From contig CAZFHY010000001.1 in NCBI GenBank assembly GCA_964519305.1, forward strand, positions 96,001 to 160,000: a DNA stretch of 64,000 nt, written 5' to 3'. The position numbers and the translations under genes were made by a program. The notes under the pieces were generated by a model. It was not told the DNA's origin. It did not search any database and worked only from the letters and a program-made list of their open reading frames with translations. Source of the stretch: Candidatus Undinarchaeota archaeon (GTDB lineage Archaea > SpSt-1190 > JASMDC01). Shown here piece by piece: positions 9,877 to 16,270 of the stretch (position 1 is the first letter of the stretch; each line of letters opens with the position of its first letter).

Positions 9877-10796
9877 AGAAGTGTATCGCGGGACACAGGC
9901 GTGCCCTGGACCGGGATGAGCTCGTCCGTACCGAAACGCTCGGCGTATTCGCGCCACACGCCTTCACAGATCAGGTTGTACCTGCACACATGACATTGCG
10001 GCCCCTTACGCTTGTCATCCTCTCTGCGTGACCGCCTGTACTCACGCTCCACACGCCCAGGCTCACGCACCTCGCACGAGGCCATATGCAGCTCGATGGC
10101 CTGTTGCTTATGGTCCGGCATGAGACAGTAGGGTATGGCTTCATAGAAGGCAGGGATCCCCGCAGAGGTGGTCACGTCCAGGGCCTCGGCCACGTACCTG
10201 GCCGCCTGGGATATGACTGGGACTATGGTGTCCGCTTCGACTTCAGCGTTGCCCATGGGATGGACGAAGTCGAACTGCATGGAGTCCGGCCCGAATTCGA
10301 TAAGGAACCTCGCGATGTCAGGGAGCACTGCATAGTTCGGTTTCGCGACCACCGTATTGGTGATGACGGTCAGCGGGGCATCGCACACGTTACGCAGCCC
10401 CGCGATGGCCTGGTCAAAAGCGCCCGGCGATTTGGTGAGGTGATCATGGAGCGCGGCCACGTGCCCATGGACGGCCGGTACAACCTGGGTGAGGCCCGCG
10501 GCAACAAGGTCGTTCACGAGGTCACGATAACTGAGCATCCGGGCATTCGTCTGGAGCTGGACATCGCGATAGCCTAGACGATGCGCCATGGTGATTATGT
10601 CGACAAGTTTGGGGTCAAGGGTGGGCTCGCCACCCGTGATCACGAGGAAGTCGGCACCATCAGCTCGACCTGCGCGAAGGTCACCCTCAACATCTGTTAG
10701 GTTCTTGGACCTGCGGCCCCGCTTGTCAGCTACAGCACAGAAGCGGCAGTTATTGTTACAGCTGTAGCCCAATTTTAGGTCTAAACGATGCACCAT
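9873..10796 (-). CDS. HxsC-like radical SAM protein (paralog 1)
   Basis: LDLKLGYSCNNNCRFC, TGGEPT, QTN, PYC, CHVCRYNLICEGVWREY..FG; directly downstream of the HxS-repeat peptide. Confidence 0.85.
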   Translation of the reverse strand: MVHRLDLKLGYSCNNNCRFCAVADKRGRRSKNLTDVEGDLRAGRADGADFLVITGGEPTLDPKLVDIITMAHRLGYRDVQLQTNARMLSYRDLVNDLVAAGLTQVVPAVHGHVAALHDHLTKSPGAFDQAIAGLRNVCDAPLTVITNTVVAKPNYAVLPDIARFLIEFGPDSMQFDFVHPMGNAEVEADTIVPVISQAARYVAEALDVTTSAGIPAFYEAIPYCLMPDHKQQAIELHMASCEVREPGRVEREYRRSRREDDKRKGPQCHVCRYNLICEGVWREYAERFGTDELIPVQGTPVSRDTLL

Positions 10797-10821
10797 CTGT
10801 CGCTACTAGTCCCCGTCCGGC

Positions 10822-11160
10822 TTAATGGCTGTTGCAGTGAGACCCGTGCGAGGTATGGCTGTCGTGGTTCGAGTGGGCAGGGTCGTAGTGGGAGTGCACA
10901 GCCTTTATGGTCGAACCGGAGTAGTGGATTCCCGCAGCGCTCTGAGAGTGATCGTACGGGTTGTTGGTATGCGACGCATGTGAACTGTGGCTGCCATGGC
11001 TCGTATGCCAACTTGTCGCTGGTTTGGCTATGAGGCTGGAGAACGCATAGCCCGACAGGATGGCCCCCATGGAAAACAGATTTCTCTTTGTGATCCTGCC
11101 CTCCTCCTCTACGAGGAAGGACTTGATGCTTTTCTGAATCTTTGGTAGTGTCTTTGTCAT
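10822..11160 (-). CDS. hxsA: His-Xaa-Ser repeat precursor peptide (HxsA-like)
   Basis: HTSHGSHSSHASHTN and HSNHDSHTSHGSHCNSH blocks after a basic/hydrophobic leader; GGAGTGA SD upstream. Confidence 0.88.
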   Translation of the reverse strand: MTKTLPKIQKSIKSFLVEEEGRITKRNLFSMGAILSGYAFSSLIAKPATSWHTSHGSHSSHASHTNNPYDHSQSAAGIHYSGSTIKAVHSHYDPAHSNHDSHTSHGSHCNSH

Positions 11161-11165
11161 CGTTG

Positions 11166-11223
11166 ATCACTCCAGCTAGTACTCACTCTCTGTTACATAC
11201 TATAGATTAGCTAGCTTATAAAC
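11166..11223 (-). promoter_or_regulatory. Own TATA box and SD for hxsA
   Basis: Minus-strand TTTATAAG at about 11223-11216; GGAGTGAT at 11173-11166. Confidence 0.55.
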
Positions 11224-11256
11224 CTATCGTCGGCTTAAAAGGCATCCGGTACCCCT

Positions 11257-12684
11257 TTAGTCAAGCGTTCTCGCCCATTCGAGAAGGATCGAGCGGTCCT
11301 TTGGATCCACGATGATTTTATGGAATAGGTGCTCAACGAGCCCGCCCCGTATCGCGCATTCCTTATCCATGGGGAGCTTGGACACCAGATTCCCTTGGGA
11401 ACCATAGGTGCAAACGGCACACGAGCCGCAATAGGGGTGCCAGATACAGGTGTCGCACATGGTGCATACATGGGATGTCAGCCCCACGAGGTGTTGGACC
11501 TGAGGTGAGGTGAACACTCCCTTGTAAGTATCATCCCGCACATTGCCGATGCGGAATATATCGAAGGAACGTGATTCATCACATGCGTAGATATCGCCGT
11601 CCTGGGTATAGGCCACCTGGTTGAGGGCCGCACCGCAGGGTGAACCGAAGCACGTGTACGTAGAGGCTTTCAAGCACAGGATCTTACGCAGAACGATCGT
11701 GGCCATGTTCTCATGCATGCGCACGCCCTGTCGGTTGAGGTCGATTATGTACTCGAGCGTGTCCTTGTAGAAGCGCATGAACTCGTCGGCGGAGTAGCCC
11801 ACCTCTTTCCATCGCTCGGCTGCGAACCCTGCGTCATTGAGCTGGCGGATCCGGATGTTGGGGAAGCCCCATTTCACGTACTCGTCGACGATCTCCTTTC
11901 CGTACGAAAGGGAGTGCTTCGAGATGGTCGGAAGAGCTGAGAGGCCTACATGCTTGATGTTGCGGATGCGGTTGATCCAGTAGGTGACATTCTCGTATGA
12001 ACCAGCGCCACCAAAGTACCGTCGGTTCGCGTCGTGGACCTCCTCGGGCCCGTCCAGTGATGTGCAAAGGCCGAACCTGTTGGAGGCAAGATAGTCGAGC
12101 TTGTCGTCCGTCATCAGGGAGAGGTTGGTGACCATGAGGAAGGTCATCCGCTTCTTCTTGAGATGGGCCTGGTCCTTGGCGTACTCGGTTATGTAGTGGA
12201 CCATGTCGAACGCCGCCAGAGGCTCACCCCCCTGGAACTCGAGTGTAAGGTCCCGGCCAGGAGACTGCATGATGAAGTCCACCGTAGCACGGGCGGTCTC
12301 CTCGTCCATGTCCACGCCTGTCGTATCCATGGGGCGGGATTTCGCATGACAATAGACACAGGTGAAGTTGCACCGCAGGGTGGGGACCACTATGTGGAGC
12401 ACGACGCCACGGTCGAGGTGGGCGAAGCGACTGCGATATTGCTCTGCCAGTCCGTCCATGTCATCTTCATGCACCATGACACCGATACCACGGAGCGTGA
12501 GCATCAGGTTCGGGTCCTCGGTGATGCGGCCTAGTCGAAGGAGATCGTACTCACGCTTGGTAAGAACCGCCCACGAACCATGATCCGCGGTGATCAGGTA
12601 CTTGTCCTTCGCCAAACGCTTCGTCTGATAGCGGTTGATGAGGTGCGGTCCCTCGCTGAGTCCCTCAAAGAAGGTCTCTACCAT
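11257..12684 (-). CDS. hxsB: His-Xaa-Ser system radical SAM maturase HxsB (SPASM)
   Basis: LHIVVPTLRCNFTCVYCHA, EFQGGEPL, SLDGP..HD.NR, SPCGAALNQVAY..DGDIYACDESR, CDTCIWHPYCGSCAVC. Confidence 0.9.
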   Translation of the reverse strand: MVETFFEGLSEGPHLINRYQTKRLAKDKYLITADHGSWAVLTKREYDLLRLGRITEDPNLMLTLRGIGVMVHEDDMDGLAEQYRSRFAHLDRGVVLHIVVPTLRCNFTCVYCHAKSRPMDTTGVDMDEETARATVDFIMQSPGRDLTLEFQGGEPLAAFDMVHYITEYAKDQAHLKKKRMTFLMVTNLSLMTDDKLDYLASNRFGLCTSLDGPEEVHDANRRYFGGAGSYENVTYWINRIRNIKHVGLSALPTISKHSLSYGKEIVDEYVKWGFPNIRIRQLNDAGFAAERWKEVGYSADEFMRFYKDTLEYIIDLNRQGVRMHENMATIVLRKILCLKASTYTCFGSPCGAALNQVAYTQDGDIYACDESRSFDIFRIGNVRDDTYKGVFTSPQVQHLVGLTSHVCTMCDTCIWHPYCGSCAVCTYGSQGNLVSKLPMDKECAIRGGLVEHLFHKIIVDPKDRSILLEWARTLD

Positions 12685-12688
12685 GCAT

Positions 12689-12931
12689 CTACGCCTTCAT
12701 GATGCCGAGCACGTAGTTCAGGAACTCATAACCGAGCTGGTTGATCCTGATCTTCTTGCTCCGTGGAGTGAGGGTCACTCGCACGAGGCCTTCAGCATCT
12801 CCATCAACGTACACCCAGCAGGTCTCGAGATAGGCCTGGGAGGCCTGCATTACCGCGTCCATCGGATAGAAACGGGTATCAAGGTCGAGCACGACGGTCC
12901 TGAGATCCTTATCGACAGTGACGATCTTCAT
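12689..12931 (-). CDS. hxsD: HxsD-like small protein (copy 2)
   Basis: LDTRFYPMDAVMQASQAYL...EFLNYVL pattern; directly upstream of hxsB. Confidence 0.75.
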   Translation of the reverse strand: MKIVTVDKDLRTVVLDLDTRFYPMDAVMQASQAYLETCWVYVDGDAEGLVRVTLTPRSKKIRINQLGYEFLNYVLGIMKA

Positions 12932-12934
12932 GCG

Positions 12935-13420
12935 CTACTCCTCCGTTCCGCTCCAGGGCTTGGCGATCCCTTCAGGATCATCCCTGTACGAGGAGTCTCC
13001 CTCTGATGGAGGGCACCCGCACGGATCGGCGCCGGAGTCGGCGCTCTCGCTGGTCAGGAATGCGCGGCGCACGATGGCGTCCCGCACGTCCTGGTTCCGC
13101 GCTGTCTGGATCGTGTAGACCGCGTAGTTGATGAGCTCGTTGTTGAACTCTCTACCGAGCTTCTCGAGGCTCTCCCGCTTGCTCTTCGGCCGGATCTCCA
13201 CAAGGACCTCTTCCTGCGGATCACCGCCGAGGATCAGGTACGCCCTGTCCATGAGGACATAGGCTGCTGAGTAGATGATCTGGAGCGGATAGATCCGGGG
13301 ATTCACGGATACGAGTATATACCCCTCCTTTTTGTGAATCTCGAGATTATTGATCACGCTAAAACCCTCGTTCGGGTCTTTCTTCGATTCTGGTTTTTTC
13401 TTCGTCGCACGCTTAGCCAT
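12935..13420 (-). CDS. hxsD: HxsD-like protein (copy 1) with C-terminal extension (start refined to MAKRAT)
   Basis: VNPRIYPLQIIYSAAYVLMDRAY...REFNNELINY...RDAIVRRAF; tail DDPEGIAKPW. Confidence 0.8.
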   Translation of the reverse strand: MAKRATKKKPESKKDPNEGFSVINNLEIHKKEGYILVSVNPRIYPLQIIYSAAYVLMDRAYLILGGDPQEEVLVEIRPKSKRESLEKLGREFNNELINYAVYTIQTARNQDVRDAIVRRAFLTSESADSGADPCGCPPSEGDSSYRDDPEGIAKPWSGTEE

Positions 13421-13440
13421 GGAACGCACCCCGGAAGGCC

Positions 13441-13483
13441 GGAAGGCCTTGCAAAGCTTTAATAGTTTGCGCTCGGCCTTTCC
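13441..13483. promoter_or_regulatory. Bidirectional promoter with dyad symmetry between the two arms of the hxs locus
   Basis: GGAAGGCC..GCAAA-GCTTTAATAG-TTTGC..GGCCTTTCC; TATA-like on both strands (TTTAATA on +, TATTAAA on -). Confidence 0.55.
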
Positions 13484-13530
13484 CATTGCCTGCTCTTCCT
13501 ATGCTGGCCTCTCGTTTGGATGTTTTGGCG

Positions 13531-14463
13531 ATGGGGATCAAGAGACTTGATTTGAAGGTTGGATTCGCCTGTAACAACAACTGCCGGTTCTGTGTCGTCG
13601 CCGACAAGCGGAGGCTCGGGAACCTGAGCACAGGACAGCTCAAGGAGAACATCGTTAACGGCGCCCGCTCGGGTGCCAAGGAGATCGTCTTCACTGGTGG
13701 TGAGGTCACCCTCCGCAAGGACCTTCTGGAACTCATCCGGTTCGCCAAGAACCAAGGTTTCACAAGGCTCCAGCTCCAGTCGAACTGTAGGATGCTGTTC
13801 TACAAGGATTTCATCCACAAGCTCCTTGACGCCGGTATCAATGAGTTCTCCCCTTCGATCCATGGATCGACCCCCGAGGTGCATGATGGTCTAGTTCGCG
13901 CTCCCGGCGCATACAAGCAGACGCTGGGCGCCATCCGTAACCTCGTCGACATGGACCTCCGAGTACTCACGAACACGGTCATCACACGTCAGAACTACGA
14001 GCAGCTGCCCCAGATTGCCCAGATACTCATCGATATCGGTGTCATGCAGTACCAGTTCGCCTTCGTACATGCGGAGGGGAACGCCTACAAGTACTTTGAC
14101 GAGATAGTCCCCCGGAAGTCGGTGATACAGCCCTATGTCCACAAGGGCGTGGATCTGGGAGCGGAGTCCGGTACATCGATGATGGTAGAGGCCTACCCGT
14201 TCTGCTTCATGGTGGATCGGGAGCAGTACTGCTCTGAGCTATTCATCCCCGAGACCGAGGTCCGCGAGGCCGATCGCGTTCTTGAGAACTTCAGTGATGT
14301 CCGTCGGAACGTCGCCAAGCTCAAAGGCCCGGACTGTCCTCGATGCAGATACTACCCTATCTGCGAAGGACCATGGAAGGAGTATCCCGAGAAATTCGGA
14401 TGGGAAGAGTTCGTGCCAGTGCCCGGTCAGCCCATCACCGATCGGCTAGAACTGCTCCACTGA
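13531..14463 (+). CDS. HxsC-like radical SAM protein (paralog 2; start refined to MGIKRLDL)
   Basis: LDLKVGFACNNNCRFC, FTGGE, YPFC, CPRCRYYPICEGPWKEY..FG. Confidence 0.88.
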   Translation: MGIKRLDLKVGFACNNNCRFCVVADKRRLGNLSTGQLKENIVNGARSGAKEIVFTGGEVTLRKDLLELIRFAKNQGFTRLQLQSNCRMLFYKDFIHKLLDAGINEFSPSIHGSTPEVHDGLVRAPGAYKQTLGAIRNLVDMDLRVLTNTVITRQNYEQLPQIAQILIDIGVMQYQFAFVHAEGNAYKYFDEIVPRKSVIQPYVHKGVDLGAESGTSMMVEAYPFCFMVDREQYCSELFIPETEVREADRVLENFSDVRRNVAKLKGPDCPRCRYYPICEGPWKEYPEKFGWEEFVPVPGQPITDRLELLH

Positions 14464-14472
14464 GGGGCCATC

Positions 14473-15441
14473 ATGGCGACCCACCTTTTACGGCTAGGCC
14501 ATTCCTGTGACCACGCATGCCGCTATTGCACCGTGGCGGACGATCCCGATCCAGAGCTCTCCCGGGAGGATGCGCTGGCCCGCGTCGATGCAGTGCCCAA
14601 GGGCGAGGGATTGACCATCACCGGTGGAGAACCTACTCTGCACCCCGACCTACTGGAGATAGTCCGGCGGGCGAAGGAGCGGGGACTCTTCCCCGTTGAC
14701 CTCCAGACGCACGGAGCGCACCTGTGCGATGCATCCCTGGTGGAGCGTCTACAGGAAGCGGGGCTCGATATAGCCCTTGTGTCCGTACCGTCACATGAGA
14801 AGAAGGTCTATCACGAGCTCACCGGCAAGGACGACCTTGACAAAGTACTGGCCGGTATCAGCGCGCTCCTGGAGGTCGGTATCGAGACGAACATAGACCA
14901 CGTCATCACAGCACGCACTTACCGTTCCCTCCCGGACTTCGTAGACGTCATCGGCAAGCGATTCCCGGGGGTCAACCGTATCCTCCTTGGGATGGTGCGG
15001 CCCAATGGAGCATGCGCCCGGCATCCCGAGCTGGTTCCCCGTCTGGTAGAGCTGGAACCTTTCCTGTATGATGCGCTGGACCGCCTTCGGAACAGGCGCG
15101 CGTACTACGAGGTGGAAGGTGTGCCCTTGTGCTATCTTCAGGGATACGAGCATCATAACGCTGAGACGCAGCGCGCCCTTGACGCCCCTGTTTCCTACGC
15201 TGGAGGTAAGCGGCGGCGCGATATCCACGGATTCGTGCATTCCCAGTTGAAACGCAAAGCGGCCGTATGTGAGCGCTGCCTTCTGGACCCGCTCTGTGTA
15301 GGGGTGTGGGTGGAGTATGCCCAGCTCAACGGGACGAACGAACTGTTCCCGGTGTTCACTCCACCGGACCGTGTGCGTGAACGGATGGAACGGTACTATC
15401 AGCGATGGAGGGAGGAGTATCGTAGACGTAGGTCTAGGTAA
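14473..15441 (+). CDS. HxsC-like radical SAM protein (paralog 3)
   Basis: CDHACRYC, TGGEPT, VPLC, CERCLLDPLCVGVWVEY. Confidence 0.85.
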   Translation: MATHLLRLGHSCDHACRYCTVADDPDPELSREDALARVDAVPKGEGLTITGGEPTLHPDLLEIVRRAKERGLFPVDLQTHGAHLCDASLVERLQEAGLDIALVSVPSHEKKVYHELTGKDDLDKVLAGISALLEVGIETNIDHVITARTYRSLPDFVDVIGKRFPGVNRILLGMVRPNGACARHPELVPRLVELEPFLYDALDRLRNRRAYYEVEGVPLCYLQGYEHHNAETQRALDAPVSYAGGKRRRDIHGFVHSQLKRKAAVCERCLLDPLCVGVWVEYAQLNGTNELFPVFTPPDRVRERMERYYQRWREEYRRRRSR

Positions 15442-16258
15442 CGCATGCAACAACTCGTGCGTCATGTGCACTTCCATCATGCCGCCTCCTAAGGACGTGG
15501 ATCCCACCACCGAGCAGATCAAAGCCCATATCAATGGGCTCGATGAGCCGGACATCATCATCTTCACCGGCGGCGAACCGACCCTCCGCCCCGACCTCGA
15601 GGAACTCGTCCGATATGTACGCCAGCGGTTCCCGGACACTCCGTTCAGGCTCCTCACGAACGGTCGGATGTTCTCCTATCGTGACTACACAGAAAGGATG
15701 GTATCGGCTGGAGTCGATGACGTCGAAGTATCGCTCTGCGGACCCTCCGCCGAGGTGCACGATGCAGTGACCCGCGCACCAGGCTCTTTCATCCAGTCGC
15801 TCGAAGGCATCCGGAACCTCGTGTCGGCAGGAGTGCATACGAACGTGCGCTACGTGCTCCATGAGCTCACCTACAAGAGCGTGGTCGACGTCCCGGACCT
15901 TCTGGACAGGGAAGCGCCGGGCATAGGGCAGCTGGTCGTCATGTATATGGACATAATCGGTAACGCCCTGCGCCACCGGAAGCAGCTCATCGTCCCGTAC
16001 AGGGATGTCGCACCCTACGTGGAGCGCACCGCTGATGTCGCTGTCGAACGGGGGATATCACTGGCCTTGTACCATATACCGTCCTGTGTCATCGCCCCTG
16101 CCTACCGTCATCTCTCAGCGGGCGTCACCGTCATCGAGCGACGCATCACCTATCCACCCCAATGCGAGCGATGTACCGTCCGAAGCTCGTGCTGTGGTGT
16201 GTGGAAGACCTATACCAAGGACGTGGGCGTAGATGAGTTCGTCCCGGTCATCGAATGA
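15377..16258 (+). CDS. hxsC: HxsC-like radical SAM protein (paralog 4; start uncertain, GTG at 15371 or 15377)
   Basis: CNNSCVMC, FTGGEPT, LLTNGRMF, IPSCV, CERCTVRSSCCGVWKTY. Confidence 0.85.
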   Translation: MNGWNGTISDGGRSIVDVGLGNACNNSCVMCTSIMPPPKDVDPTTEQIKAHINGLDEPDIIIFTGGEPTLRPDLEELVRYVRQRFPDTPFRLLTNGRMFSYRDYTERMVSAGVDDVEVSLCGPSAEVHDAVTRAPGSFIQSLEGIRNLVSAGVHTNVRYVLHELTYKSVVDVPDLLDREAPGIGQLVVMYMDIIGNALRHRKQLIVPYRDVAPYVERTADVAVERGISLALYHIPSCVIAPAYRHLSAGVTVIERRITYPPQCERCTVRSSCCGVWKTYTKDVGVDEFVPVIE

Positions 16259-16270
16259 TATGACCGCTGT

